Shown here one piece after another: positions 8,968 through 19,383 of a stretch of 64,000 nt of DNA. The notes under the pieces were generated by a model, which saw only the letters and a program-made list of their open reading frames with translations, was not told the origin of the DNA and ran no database searches. The number at the start of each line of letters is the position of its first letter. Position 1 is the stretch's first letter. The DNA is taken from positions 3,054 through 67,053 of the forward strand of contig CAYTRR010000013.1 in the NCBI GenBank assembly GCA_964440275.1, in the 5' to 3' direction. A program made the position numbers and the translations under genes. This DNA is from an uncultured Spirochaetales bacterium. GTDB lineage: Bacteria > Desulfobacterota_D > UBA1144.

Positions 8968-11679
8968 ATGAACAAAGAGATTCGTGTTTCAGGTGCAGCT
9001 CAAAATAATCTTAAAAATATAGATTTAAATATACCTTGGTATACCTTATGCGTGGTAACCGGATTATCTGGCTCAGGAAAATCATCATTAGCAATAGATA
9101 CTATCCATGCTGAAAGTAGAAGGAGATACTTAGAATCTCTATCAACATATGCAAGACAATTCTTAGAAAGAATTGATAAACCCAAAGTAATATCAATTGA
9201 TGGGGCACCACCATCAATATCAATCGAGAGTCGGAACAATGTGAAAAATTCTCGATCCACAGTAGGAACTCTTACTGAAATATATGACTACATGAGAGTG
9301 ATTTATAGTAGAATAGGCAAAATTTATTGTACAGATTGCAACCTGAAATGTGAATCTTTGTCCGCAATTGGAATCTATGAATATTTGCTAAGCACTTATG
9401 AAAATAAAAAATTAATTCTATGTATAAAAAATGATAATCAGATAAGAGGTAAAGACTTAATCAAAGCAGGTATTTTTGAGGCTGTTTCTTCAAATAAAAT
9501 AATTAAGATTAATGATAACAATAAAGAAGAAAGCGCATGCCCCTTAATTGACAAAGTAAATATAAATCAAAATAATCAATCCAGGATAATTGAATCTATA
9601 GAGCTAGGGTTCTCTATCTCTAAAACTATATGTATTTACGATGAAAAAAATAAATTTTTAAGAAGCTTCAAAAAAGAGTTTTGTTGTCCAAAGTGCTTTG
9701 TGGAATACAAACAACTTACTCCAAACAAGTTTTCATTCAATAGTCCTGATGGTGCATGTAAAGAATGCAAAGGCTTTGGAAATATTCTTCTACCAGATCT
9801 AAATCTTATAGTAAAAGAAAAAAAGAAAAGTATAGAAGATGGTTGTATTTCAATTCTACAAAGACCATCGCTAGGCTATGAAAAAAGGAGATTTTTGGAT
9901 TTTTGTTACAGATCCAAGATTGATATTGAAACACCATTTGAAAATTTATCTGACAATAAAATTAAGTTGCTTTTAGCGGGTGATAAAAAGTACAAAGGTC
10001 TTTATGGGCTATTCAAAAGACTGGAATCAAAATCATATAAAATGCACGTGAGAATGCTGCTTAGCAAATACAGAACTCCATCTGCATGTGAAGCCTGCCA
10101 TGGGTCGCGAATAAATTTAGTCTCATCGAATGTACGAGTAGCAAACAAAACCATACGAGAACTTTGCATGGTACCAATAGATGAATTGTTAGAATTTCTC
10201 TTGGACATAAAGCTTTCTAACAAAGAAAGAGAAATTGTTAATGAGGCAATGAAGCAATGTGTATCTAGATTAAATTATCTTGTTGAGGTTGGTTTAGAGT
10301 ATCTAACATTAGGAAGATTAGGAAGAAGTTTGTCGGGAGGTGAGGCACAAAGAGTAAATCTCGCACAGCAATTAGGATCTCGACTAACTGACACGTTATA
10401 TGTCTTAGATGAGCCATCTATCGGGTTGCACCCCAAAGACATAGAAAGATTATTTAGAACACTTATTAATTTAAGGAATCTAGACAATACCATAGTGTTA
10501 ATCGAGCATGATTTAGATATTATTTCAAAATCTGACTGGATAATTGAGCTTGGACCAGCTTCTGGGGAAAAAGGTGGAGATTTAATTTATTGTGGTAATC
10601 GCAAAGATATAAGTAAAAATTCACAATCAATTACTAATAAATATATTGATGGTACTTTATGTATCCAGACTCCTACCAGTAGGAGGAACACGCTAAAAAA
10701 AATTAAAATAAAAGAAGCCTCAAAAAATAACTTGAACAAAGTTTCTTTTGAAATTCCTCTTAACTGTATTACTTTTGTTACTGGAGTCTCTGGTTCAGGC
10801 AAAAGCACTTTAATTAAAGACTGTTTTTATGGAAATGCTATAAGAGAATATGGAAAAGCTTACGACAATTGTGGAGAAGTTTCTTCAATTGTTGGCCTAG
10901 AAAATTTAAAAGAGATAGTAATGATTACGCAAGAACCTATTGGAGCAAGTGCGAGATCAAATCCTGCAAGTTATATGAAAATATATGATGAAATTAGAAA
11001 AATAATTGCCAACACAGATTATTCCAAAAAAGCAGGTTTAAAACCTGGTGATTTTTCTTTTAATACAAAAGGGGGTCGGTGTGAAGCCTGTCAAGGAGAA
11101 GGAAAGAAAATCATAGAGATGCAGTTTTTAGCTAATTTAGAAGTCGACTGTGAAGAGTGTCACGGTAAAAGATTTAATGCAGAAATATTAAATGCTAAGT
11201 ACAAAGGGAAAAACATTAATGGTATTTTAGATTTGACTGTTTCTGAAGCAATTGAATTCTTTAATAACAAAGATGCGATAATAAACAAATTAAATATTCT
11301 TTCTTCTGTTGGCCTAAACTATGTAAAACTTGGACAACCTTCTAATACTCTTTCTGGAGGCGAATCTCAAAGAATAAAGATTGCAAAATCTTTAATACCA
11401 AAAAGAACAAAGGATGTCTTGTATATTTTTGATGAACCATCGATTGGTTTACATGTTGAAGATTTAAAAAATCTAATTAATACTTTTAATGTAATTATGG
11501 AAAGAGAAAATTCTATAGTCATAATCGAACATAATGTTGAGTTGATTAAAATTGCAGACTATATAATTGACATGGGACCTGGTGGTGGGAAAGATGGTGG
11601 TAAAATAATTGCTACTGGTTCACCAGAAAAAATAAAAAAAACTAGATCATCTATTATTGGCAAATATTTAAATTTATAA
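8968..11679 (+). CDS. uvrA: Excinuclease ABC subunit A (UvrA family)
   Basis: Two ABC modules (Walker [11 protein letters not shown] and [10 protein letters not shown]; signatures LSGGEAQR and LSGGESQR) and zinc modules (CPKC...CKECKGFG; CEACHGSR; CEACQGEG...CEECHGKR). At 903 aa it is somewhat shorter and more divergent than E. coli UvrA, but both insertion regions appear present. Confidence 0.85.
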   Translation: MNKEIRVSGAAQNNLKNIDLNIPWYTLCVVTGLSGSGKSSLAIDTIHAESRRRYLESLSTYARQFLERIDKPKVISIDGAPPSISIESRNNVKNSRSTVGTLTEIYDYMRVIYSRIGKIYCTDCNLKCESLSAIGIYEYLLSTYENKKLILCIKNDNQIRGKDLIKAGIFEAVSSNKIIKINDNNKEESACPLIDKVNINQNNQSRIIESIELGFSISKTICIYDEKNKFLRSFKKEFCCPKCFVEYKQLTPNKFSFNSPDGACKECKGFGNILLPDLNLIVKEKKKSIEDGCISILQRPSLGYEKRRFLDFCYRSKIDIETPFENLSDNKIKLLLAGDKKYKGLYGLFKRLESKSYKMHVRMLLSKYRTPSACEACHGSRINLVSSNVRVANKTIRELCMVPIDELLEFLLDIKLSNKEREIVNEAMKQCVSRLNYLVEVGLEYLTLGRLGRSLSGGEAQRVNLAQQLGSRLTDTLYVLDEPSIGLHPKDIERLFRTLINLRNLDNTIVLIEHDLDIISKSDWIIELGPASGEKGGDLIYCGNRKDISKNSQSITNKYIDGTLCIQTPTSRRNTLKKIKIKEASKNNLNKVSFEIPLNCITFVTGVSGSGKSTLIKDCFYGNAIREYGKAYDNCGEVSSIVGLENLKEIVMITQEPIGASARSNPASYMKIYDEIRKIIANTDYSKKAGLKPGDFSFNTKGGRCEACQGEGKKIIEMQFLANLEVDCEECHGKRFNAEILNAKYKGKNINGILDLTVSEAIEFFNNKDAIINKLNILSSVGLNYVKLGQPSNTLSGGESQRIKIAKSLIPKRTKDVLYIFDEPSIGLHVEDLKNLINTFNVIMERENSIVIIEHNVELIKIADYIIDMGPGGGKDGGKIIATGSPEKIKKTRSSIIGKYLNL

Positions 11680-12450
11680 GTCGCATTTAAGAATGTTAAC
11701 TAAATCTCCATGAATCAATGAATTAGAAGCTACTATATCTTTTTTATTGATATCATATGTATCTCCATTAATTCTAGTCACTGCACCTCCAGCTTCAGTG
11801 ACAAGGAGAATTCCAGCTGCAGTATCCCAAGGATTGAGTCCAAGTTCCCAAAATCCATCGAGCCTTCCACAGGCAACATATGCAAGATCTAAAGCTGCAG
11901 ATCCATCTCTTCTAATAGATCTGCATTTATAAAGCAAATTCTTAAAATTTTCGACATTTGCTTGTGCATATTTTTTATTTGAAGTTATAAACCCTGTACA
12001 TAAAAGTGTCTGAGACAAATTGTGATTGGAACTTACAAGTATGGGTTTATCGTTCAAATAACAACCTCCACCTTTTTCTGAATAAAAAAATTCTTTTCTG
12101 TTTGGGTCATAAATGGATCCATGTGCAATAACTCCATCTATCATTAAAGCGATAGATACGCAGAAGAACGGATAATTATGAATATAATTATTTGTCCCAT
12201 CAATTGGATCTATAATCCAATGTAAATCAGATCTAACTCCATTGTTTTCATTTGACTCTTCAGCCAGAAAGGATGATGTGGGATAGTGTTTTTTAATAAA
12301 ATTTATAATTTTCTTTTCAATTTTGATATCAACTTCTGTAACCCAATTGTTGGGTCCTTTCGATTTAATCTCTTTGTTTAACCCAAAATTGTCCATCATT
12401 ATTTCACCTGCTAAATTGCAGGATTCTCTCATGATATCTTCAAATTTCAT
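11674..12450 (-). CDS. suhB: Inositol monophosphatase family protein (SuhB-like)
   Basis: Metal and substrate motifs EESN, WIIDPIDGTNNY and WDTAAG; 258 aa. Confidence 0.85.
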   Translation of the reverse strand: MKFEDIMRESCNLAGEIMMDNFGLNKEIKSKGPNNWVTEVDIKIEKKIINFIKKHYPTSSFLAEESNENNGVRSDLHWIIDPIDGTNNYIHNYPFFCVSIALMIDGVIAHGSIYDPNRKEFFYSEKGGGCYLNDKPILVSSNHNLSQTLLCTGFITSNKKYAQANVENFKNLLYKCRSIRRDGSAALDLAYVACGRLDGFWELGLNPWDTAAGILLVTEAGGAVTRINGDTYDINKKDIVASNSLIHGDLVNILKCDL

Positions 12451-12513
12451 AATAAAAAAACCACATCATTACTATTGAATTATTTTAAAGTATTATTAAC
12501 TATATACTTTATT

Positions 12514-12957
12514 ATGAAAAAAAATATTTCGTTTTCTATTGGTGCAGACAGCATCTCTCCTTCTGTATTAAAAGCTAAGGAATACCTAGAGAAAATTGAC
12601 GCGAATCTTAAAATTTATGGGTCTATTAATGATGATGGTCTAAACTGGGTTGAGATATCAAAAAGAATTGCTTTAGATGTTCAAAGTGGAGAATCTCATT
12701 TTGGAATAATTTTTTGTTATACAGGGACTGGTGTATCAATTGTTGCTAATAAATTCAAAGGAATAAGGGCAGCCTTATGTAATAATAAAGAAATTGCAAT
12801 TGGTGCAAGGAAATGGAATGATGCTAATATCTTAACTATGGGCATTTTGTCTGTCAAAGAGGAAGAAGTAGAAGATATAATTACAAGCTGGATTGATACA
12901 AAGGTTGATTCATCTGAAATGAAAAATATCAAAAGTATAAGTGAGATTGAATTGTGA
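12514..12957 (+). CDS. RpiB/LacA/LacB-family sugar-phosphate isomerase-like protein (non-canonical active site)
   Basis: Core GIIFCYTGTGVSIVANKFKGIRAA matches RpiB GILICGTGVGISIAANKFAGIRAV. ATG at 12514 (MKKNISFSIGAD) is preferred over the track start at 12475. Several RpiB positions are substituted (see findings). Confidence 0.6.
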   Translation: MKKNISFSIGADSISPSVLKAKEYLEKIDANLKIYGSINDDGLNWVEISKRIALDVQSGESHFGIIFCYTGTGVSIVANKFKGIRAALCNNKEIAIGARKWNDANILTMGILSVKEEEVEDIITSWIDTKVDSSEMKNIKSISEIEL

Positions 12958-13943
12958 GAGTGGGCATTGTTGGAGCAAGTGGGGCGGTAGGACTAGAAAT
13001 AATAAAATTATTAGAATCTAGAAGATTTAAACTTACCTCTTTAAGTTTATTTGGTTCTTCAAAATCCGCTGGTCGATATTTGTACTTTAAGAAAAAAAGA
13101 ATTCAGATAAAAAAACTAAACAAACAGGGGTTGAAAAATCTAGATTTAGTTTTTTTTTCTGCTGGTTCTAATATTAGTGAAAAATTCGCAAATATTGCTG
13201 CTTCATATGGAGCTATTGTTATTGACAATAGTTCAGCTTTTAGGATGAATCCAAAAATACCCTTAATTGTTCCTGAAATTAATCCTCAAGATTTAATCAA
13301 GAGCAAAAGTCAAATTATTGCCAACCCTAATTGCACTACAATTATTTCATTAATGGCAATAAAGCCTTTGCATGATTTGTCAAAAATTCGAAGAATTGTT
13401 GCTACAAGTTTTCAGTCAGTCTCAGGAGCTGGGAATGAAGGAATTGAAGAACTATTAGTTAACACCTCGTCTTTTTTGAAAAACAAAAGGGGTTTGAATC
13501 CGGTATTTAAAAAAGAGATTGCCTTTAATGTTATACCAAAAATTGGTAATTTTTATAAAAATCTGTACTCCGAAGAAGAAATGAAGTTGCATAATGAGTC
13601 TAGGAAGATTTTGTCAGATAAAAAAATTAATATTAGCGCTACTACTGTTAGAGTTCCTGTTATTAGGTCTCATAGTATAAGTCTTAATATTGAATTTACT
13701 AGCAATGTCACTGTAAATAATGCAGTAAAAGCACTTAAAAGTTTTCCAGGTGTAAAAATTGAAGCCTCTTCAAAAAAAATTAGCTTTCCTACACCTATAG
13801 AAGCAACAGAAAGAGACTATTGTATAGTAGGAAGATTAAGAAGGGATTTTACAAGAGAAAATAGTCTTTCCTTATGGGTCGTCGGAGATCAAATAAGAAA
13901 AGGTGCTGCTCTTAATGCTGTACAGATTGCTGAACTTTTGTGA
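12954..13943 (+). CDS. asd: Aspartate-semialdehyde dehydrogenase
   Basis: VGIVGASGAVG Rossmann start, active-site Cys in IANPNCTT, SVSGAG. GTG start overlaps the upstream TGA (GTGA). Confidence 0.92.
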   Translation: MRVGIVGASGAVGLEIIKLLESRRFKLTSLSLFGSSKSAGRYLYFKKKRIQIKKLNKQGLKNLDLVFFSAGSNISEKFANIAASYGAIVIDNSSAFRMNPKIPLIVPEINPQDLIKSKSQIIANPNCTTIISLMAIKPLHDLSKIRRIVATSFQSVSGAGNEGIEELLVNTSSFLKNKRGLNPVFKKEIAFNVIPKIGNFYKNLYSEEEMKLHNESRKILSDKKINISATTVRVPVIRSHSISLNIEFTSNVTVNNAVKALKSFPGVKIEASSKKISFPTPIEATERDYCIVGRLRRDFTRENSLSLWVVGDQIRKGAALNAVQIAELL

Positions 13944-13977
13944 TTAGTAAGAATTGTATTGTATTATATATTTTTAA

Positions 13978-14862
13978 ATGCGTAAAATCAGAGGCTGTAT
14001 AACTGCTTTAGCTACGCCATTCGATAAGCAAGGGAACGTAGACAAAGATGCTCTTAAGAATTTAATCCGCGTACAGATAAGAGCTGGGGTCCATGGTCTT
14101 GTGCCATGTGGAACTACTGGCGAATCACCCACATTAAGTCATGAAGAACATGAAGAAGTTATCCGTATAACCATAGAAACAGTAAAAAAAAGAATACCTG
14201 TGATAGCTGGCACAGGCTCTAACTCAACTGATGAAGCTTTAAGGTTGACAAAAGCAGCAGAAAAAGCTGGCGCTGATGCTAGCCTTCAGGTGGTTCCATA
14301 TTACAACAAACCTAATCAGCTTGGCTTGTATAAACACTTCACCAAAATAGCAAAAAATACTTCGCTACCAATAATTTTATACAATATTCCTGGACGATCA
14401 GTTATAAATCTTGATAGTTTAACAATTAAAAAACTCAACAAAGATAACAAAAATATTATTGGTATAAAAGAAGCAAGTGGGCGAATAGAGAAAATAAGAG
14501 AAATACGAAATACTTGCCCTAAGAATTTTATAATTTTATCAGGTGATGACAATCTTAATTATCTAACGTTAGAAGAAGGAGGAAATGGTTATATTTCTGT
14601 TACTTCAAACATAGCACCAAAAGAATGCTCTCAAATGTTTAATTATTTTGTCAAAAAGAACTTCAAAAAAGCTGCTCTAATTGACAACAAGCTTTCTGAA
14701 CTAAACAATCTATTGTTTATTGATACTAACCCCATAGGTATTAAATACGCTTTATCTGAAGCTGGTCTTTGTGAAAACATCTTAAGGTTGCCATTAACAA
14801 AACTAAAGGCAAAAGACTCTTCTTTGCTTTATAAAGAATTAAAAAAAATAAAACTAATTTAA
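13978..14862 (+). CDS. dapA: 4-hydroxy-tetrahydrodipicolinate synthase
   Basis: ALATPF, CGTTGES, YYNKP and Schiff-base lysine context IIGIKEASG; 294 aa. Confidence 0.95.
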   Translation: MRKIRGCITALATPFDKQGNVDKDALKNLIRVQIRAGVHGLVPCGTTGESPTLSHEEHEEVIRITIETVKKRIPVIAGTGSNSTDEALRLTKAAEKAGADASLQVVPYYNKPNQLGLYKHFTKIAKNTSLPIILYNIPGRSVINLDSLTIKKLNKDNKNIIGIKEASGRIEKIREIRNTCPKNFIILSGDDNLNYLTLEEGGNGYISVTSNIAPKECSQMFNYFVKKNFKKAALIDNKLSELNNLLFIDTNPIGIKYALSEAGLCENILRLPLTKLKAKDSSLLYKELKKIKLI

Positions 14863-15446
14863 TGGAATTTTTAAGTAAATTAGAAAAAGAGCTTATCAAA
14901 GATAATAAAATTATAGCAGGAGTTGATGAAGTGGGTCGTGGGTCACTTATAGGACCCGTTGTAACTTGTGCTTTTATAATTGACAACAGTTTTAATATTT
15001 ATGTAAAAGACTCGAAAGTACTTAGTGAAAAAAAAAGAAATGAAATTTTTTTAGACCTAATTAGTAGAAATACAAACTTCTCATTAGGCCTCTCGACTCA
15101 TGAAGAAATAGATGAATTAAATATATTAGATGCAACAAGATTGGCAATGCTTAGAGCAGTAAATAACTTAAAAATAAAACCAAACATACTACTTATAGAT
15201 GGAAATCAAAAAATTAATTCGGATATCAAACAAATATGTATTCCTAAGGGTGATACAATTTGTAAATCTATTGCTGCAGCTTCAATTATTGCCAAAGTAA
15301 TTAGAGACTTTATAATGAAAAGAATTTCCAGTCTATATCCATACTACTCATTAGATAAGAACAAAGGTTACGCTACTCCTTACCATAAAGAGTCACTTCG
15401 CACCTTTGGATATAGCCCTATTCATAGAAAGACATTTAAGTATTAA
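14862..15446 (+). CDS. rnhB: Ribonuclease HII
   Basis: AGVDEVGRGSLIGPVV, DSKVLSEKKR, LIDG and ASIIAKV; 1-nt TAATG overlap with dapA. Confidence 0.93.
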   Translation: MEFLSKLEKELIKDNKIIAGVDEVGRGSLIGPVVTCAFIIDNSFNIYVKDSKVLSEKKRNEIFLDLISRNTNFSLGLSTHEEIDELNILDATRLAMLRAVNNLKIKPNILLIDGNQKINSDIKQICIPKGDTICKSIAAASIIAKVIRDFIMKRISSLYPYYSLDKNKGYATPYHKESLRTFGYSPIHRKTFKY

Positions 15447-15453
15447 TTAAAAA

Positions 15454-15482
15454 TTGACAATACAATATTATTATCTTATTTT
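15454..15482 (+). promoter_or_regulatory. Putative sigma70-type promoter upstream of the MerR-like gene
   Basis: Perfect -35 TTGACA (15454-15459), a 17-nt spacer and -10 TATTTT (15477-15482). The predicted start would fall within a few nt of the ATG at 15491. AT-rich background makes -10-like hexamers common. Confidence 0.3.
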
Positions 15483-15490
15483 TTGATTTT

Positions 15491-15823
15491 ATGGCTCAAG
15501 ATGAGGAAAAGTTTTATTATAAAATTGGTGAGTTAGAGGCTATTACAGGTATACCGTCTAATAAGATTCGATATTGGACTAAAAAATATGAATATTTAGC
15601 TGATCAGCTAAGAGAAAATACAAACGGTATTCATAAACTCTATCATAAAAACTCAATAGAGATTATTTATAAAATCAATGGATACCTTAACGAAGTAAGC
15701 ATTAAAATGGATGATAAAAAAATTAATGAAAAATTAGAAAATTCATTTAGAAAAAATAAGGAATTATTAGATATACTGAAGGATATAAGAAATAAGCTAG
15801 AAAAGATTTTAAATGCTCCTTAA
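15491..15823 (+). CDS. Small MerR-type helix-turn-helix protein
   Basis: YYKIGELEAITGIPSNKIRYWTKKY matches the MerR-family HTH; 110 aa. It is followed directly by tRNA-Pro, a pairing I recall from Alphaproteobacteria. Confidence 0.65.
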   Translation: MAQDEEKFYYKIGELEAITGIPSNKIRYWTKKYEYLADQLRENTNGIHKLYHKNSIEIIYKINGYLNEVSIKMDDKKINEKLENSFRKNKELLDILKDIRNKLEKILNAP

Positions 15824-15826
15824 ATC

Positions 15827-15899
15827 CGGGGTGTAGCGCAGTTGGTAGCGCACTGGTCTGGGGGACCAGGGGTCGTCGGTTCAAGTCCGATCACCCCGA
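15827..15899 (+). tRNA. tRNA-Pro (anticodon GGG)
   Basis: Manual cloverleaf: acceptor CGGGGTG/CACCCCG, anticodon stem CTGGT/ACCAG with loop CTGGGGG, T-arm GTCGG-TTCAAGT-CCGAT. No encoded CCA. Confidence 0.9.
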
Positions 15900-15905
15900 T
15901 TAAAC

Positions 15906-16634
15906 ATGAGAATTCTACTGACAAATGATGATGGAATACATTCTGATGGGATTTACATACTAAAAGAAATACTTTCCCAATTCGGCGAAACGGTAATAGT
16001 AGCACCATCTAATAATCAAAGCACTAAAAGTCACGCAATAAGTCTCAATGTTCCATTAAGAGTGAAAGAGTTTGGTAAAGATCAATACTCCCTTTTAGGA
16101 TTACCTGCAGATTGTGTTAATTTTGCAATCAACAGCAAGATAGGAAAGAAAAAATTTGATTTAGTTGTTTCAGGAATAAACAATGGCGCTAATATGGGTG
16201 ACGATATTAACTATTCTGGTACGGTCGCTGCAGCAAGAGAAGGATTTTTGCATGGTATCAACTCTATCGCATTATCAATAGCAAACAAGAAAAATCCTAA
16301 ATATGCGGACTGTGCAAAAAGTTTTGAGCTTATACTTTCAAAAATTATAAAGAAGAAATTAAGCTCTTTTTTCTTTAATATAAATTATCCCAATATTCCC
16401 TCAAATAAAATCAAGGGTGTTAAAATCACAAAGCAAGGTGCTAGAGCTTATGGTCAAAAAATAATTGCAAAAAAAGATCCCAGAAATAATGAGTATTTCT
16501 GGATTGGTGGTGACGATTTGAGTTACAAAGCAAAAAAGGGGACTGACATTTATGCAGTAAGGAATGGATTTATTTCAATTACTCCTCTTATTGTAAATTA
16601 CACTGACCAGTCTTCACTTAAATTAAAATTATGA
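15906..16634 (+). CDS. surE: 5'/3'-nucleotidase SurE
   Basis: MRILLTNDDGIHSDGI, SGINNGANMG and YSGTVAAAREG; 242 aa. Confidence 0.95.
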   Translation: MRILLTNDDGIHSDGIYILKEILSQFGETVIVAPSNNQSTKSHAISLNVPLRVKEFGKDQYSLLGLPADCVNFAINSKIGKKKFDLVVSGINNGANMGDDINYSGTVAAAREGFLHGINSIALSIANKKNPKYADCAKSFELILSKIIKKKLSSFFFNINYPNIPSNKIKGVKITKQGARAYGQKIIAKKDPRNNEYFWIGGDDLSYKAKKGTDIYAVRNGFISITPLIVNYTDQSSLKLKL

Positions 16635-17215
16635 TTAATAAATTAACCAAGTATGCACTAAAGTTTACAACAGGGCTCCAAGGGATTGTTACTATGGCAA
16701 TCGTCTCTTTCACTGAAGCTGTTTTTTTTGTAATTCCTCCTGACCCTTTTCTTGGTTTGTTGTGTATAAAAAAAAGTTATAGAGAAATTATAAATCTTAC
16801 AATGATTTGTCTTTTTTTTTCCATTTTTGGTGGCTGCATAGGGTATCTACTTGGTGATGAGATTGTTCAATATTCGATAGAGAATAATATCACACCTATA
16901 ACAAACAATTTGGACAAGCTAGAATTAATTAAAGATAAAATAAACGAGGACACTTTCTTGCTAATGGTTCTGTCTGGATTCACCCCTCTTCCTTTCAAAA
17001 TTTTCTGTATTGGTGCTGGAATACTAAATGCGAGTTTTGTTCCATTTTTAATAGGATCAATCATTGGTAGATTGCTTAGATTTGCTTTAGTAGCATATTT
17101 GGCGAAGCTTTTTGGAGAAAAATTTATGAATATCTTAAAAAGCAAGAAAGTTTTATATCCAACTATTGCTCTTATAGGTATTTTGACTATATATTTTATT
17201 TATAAATGGAATTAA
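16631..17215 (+). CDS. YqaA/DedA-family integral membrane protein
   Basis: Multi-pass hydrophobic protein with the FTEAVFFVIPPDPFL segment typical of YqaA-like (SNARE-associated/DedA superfamily) proteins. Confidence 0.6.
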   Translation: MINKLTKYALKFTTGLQGIVTMAIVSFTEAVFFVIPPDPFLGLLCIKKSYREIINLTMICLFFSIFGGCIGYLLGDEIVQYSIENNITPITNNLDKLELIKDKINEDTFLLMVLSGFTPLPFKIFCIGAGILNASFVPFLIGSIIGRLLRFALVAYLAKLFGEKFMNILKSKKVLYPTIALIGILTIYFIYKWN

Positions 17216-17715
17216 AGAAATACATTAGAGATGTACCCGACTTTCCAAAAGAAGGAATTCTATATAGGGATATCACACCTTTGTTAAAAGATCACGAGGC
17301 TTTTACATATGTAGTGAATCAGCTTTCGAATAATATTCCTGATAGTGTGAATTCTATAATTGCTCCGGAGTCTAGGGGTTTTATATTTGCATCAGCTGTA
17401 TGTTATAAAACAAAAAAGAATCTAGTGCTTGTTAGAAAAAAAGGGAAACTACCATTTAAAACATTTGAAGTGAACTATGAATTAGAATACGGAACAGATA
17501 CATTTCAGATACATACTGATTCAGTACAAAAAAATTCCAAGGTGGCAATAATAGATGACTTGTTAGCGACTGGCGGCACAATATCTGCAATAGAAGATTT
17601 ACTTGAGAATTTCAATTGTCAGATACTTAACATTTCTTTTGTTATAGAACTTGTTGATCTCCTAGGAAGAGATAAGATTAAGTGTAAGGAGATAGATTCA
17701 ATAATTAAATACTAA
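17206..17715 (+). CDS. apt: Adenine phosphoribosyltransferase
   Basis: IRDVPDFPKEGILYRDITPLL and PRPP loop VAIIDDLLATGGT; 169 aa. Confidence 0.95.
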   Translation: MELKKYIRDVPDFPKEGILYRDITPLLKDHEAFTYVVNQLSNNIPDSVNSIIAPESRGFIFASAVCYKTKKNLVLVRKKGKLPFKTFEVNYELEYGTDTFQIHTDSVQKNSKVAIIDDLLATGGTISAIEDLLENFNCQILNISFVIELVDLLGRDKIKCKEIDSIIKY

Positions 17716-18803
17716 TGGATATAATAATTACTCAAAAAAGTACTCATGGTAACTCCAGAGTAAGATTTGTAGAAAAGATTGATAATATTTTTCGTATCAA
17801 AATAAATAAATATGAGAATGTTGCAATACTTACTGACAACAACCTCTACAAGCATTATAAAAAATATATTAAAACAAAAGACGCTCTCTTAATAAAAGTC
17901 AAACCAGGAGAACTATCAAAATCCTTAAAATCAAAAAACTATATTGAAAATTTACTTTTTAAAAATGGCTTCAATAGAAACAGTTTGTTTATTACTTTTG
18001 GAGGTGGTGTTATAGGAGACTTGGGAGGCTATGTAGCATCTACGTTTATGAGAGGAATTGACTTGATACATGTTCCTACATCATTAGTTGCAATGGTCGA
18101 TAGCTCCATAGGAGGGAAAACTGGGATTGATAATAAGTTTGGGAAGAACCTAATTGGAACTTTCTATAATCCTAAAGAAATAATAGTTAATAAAAAATTT
18201 TTAGAAACTCTTCCAAAAAAAGAGATTAGACAAGGTTTGGCTGAAATAATTAAATATGGAATCATAGAAGACAAATCATTGTTCTCCATTTTGGAAAACA
18301 AGGAATTGGATTTTACAAAGAATACCAACGCGTTACAGAATAAAATTATTAAGAAGTGTATTGATATAAAAATCAGAGTTGTAGAGGAAGATTTTAGAGA
18401 AAATAACAAAAGGATGATTCTAAATTTTGGACATACTGTTGGCCATGCTATTGAGAGGTACTATGAATATAAGAAATCTCATGGTGACTGCATTGGCTTA
18501 GGGATGTTGATAGAATCGAAAATAGCATCTATGGTTGGGGTTCTAGCAGAGAAAGATTATTTAAGAATAAAAAATATTCTCAAAAGATTTAATCTTTTGA
18601 CGTTAGAGTTAAAATCTAATTCTATAAAAAAACTGATTAATAATATGAAATTAGATAAAAAGAATAAATCGAATAAAATAACTTTTGTATTACCCGAGAA
18701 GATTGGAAAGATAAAAAGATGGCCTAATCTTTATTCAACTCAAATAGCAGAGAAAGTTATAGCTGAAGCAATTAGAAGCGCTCTTAATGAAGTTAAAAAT
18801 TAA
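17715..18803 (+). CDS. aroB: 3-dehydroquinate synthase
   Basis: FGGGVIGDLGGYVA, DSSIGGKTGI, GLAEIIKYG and NFGHTVGHAIE. Confidence 0.92.
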   Translation: MDIIITQKSTHGNSRVRFVEKIDNIFRIKINKYENVAILTDNNLYKHYKKYIKTKDALLIKVKPGELSKSLKSKNYIENLLFKNGFNRNSLFITFGGGVIGDLGGYVASTFMRGIDLIHVPTSLVAMVDSSIGGKTGIDNKFGKNLIGTFYNPKEIIVNKKFLETLPKKEIRQGLAEIIKYGIIEDKSLFSILENKELDFTKNTNALQNKIIKKCIDIKIRVVEEDFRENNKRMILNFGHTVGHAIERYYEYKKSHGDCIGLGMLIESKIASMVGVLAEKDYLRIKNILKRFNLLTLELKSNSIKKLINNMKLDKKNKSNKITFVLPEKIGKIKRWPNLYSTQIAEKVIAEAIRSALNEVKN

Positions 18804-19383
18804 CAAATATTCTCCATATTTTATAGATACGTCTGTATCGTCTTGTGTAAGAAATTTTCCTAGAGATAGAAGCATATATATGGATATTGGTTGTGGCGAT
18901 GGAGAGTTTATAGTCGAATTAGCAAAAGATAATCCTAGGAAAATTTGTATAGGTGTTGAGATTAAGTATGGTCGAATTATGAAATGTCTTAGGAAAGCAG
19001 AGATGTATCAATTAAATAATTTAAAATTCATACTCTCAGATGCTACTTTGTTAATAGATCAAATTATTCCACCAAAATCATTAAATAAAATATTCATCAA
19101 TAATCCTGATCCGTGGCCTAAAGAAAAACATGAAAAAAACAGAATTTTGAATAGCGAATTTTTAAAATCCCTTTACAAATCTCTAAAAAGAAAAGGTCTC
19201 CTCTATATAACTACAGATAGTATTAAATATAGAAACTCGATAGAAAAAGAGGTTTCAATTTTAAATTTTAAAAAAAATAATAAATTAAGCAATTTCGATA
19301 CAAAATTGCCGGCAACAAGATTTCAAAGATTCTATATAAACCAAAACAAAAAGATTTATAATATCAAATTACAAAAACTATAA
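18787..19383 (+). CDS. trmB: tRNA (guanine-N7)-methyltransferase
   Basis: SAM motif DIGCGDGEF and NNPDPWPKEKHEKNR; 17-nt overlap with aroB. Confidence 0.85.
   Translation: MKLKINKYSPYFIDTSVSSCVRNFPRDRSIYMDIGCGDGEFIVELAKDNPRKICIGVEIKYGRIMKCLRKAEMYQLNNLKFILSDATLLIDQIIPPKSLNKIFINNPDPWPKEKHEKNRILNSEFLKSLYKSLKRKGLLYITTDSIKYRNSIEKEVSILNFKKNNKLSNFDTKLPATRFQRFYINQNKKIYNIKLQKL

Noticed and set aside
8968-11679. UvrA as a class II (UvrA2/DrrC-like) paralogue rather than the repair enzyme.
   Set aside because: Both insertion regions between the zinc modules, where the UvrB-binding and insertion domains sit, appear to be present at near-normal length. I see no basis for calling it a truncated class II protein. 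Divergence alone fits an AT-rich genome.
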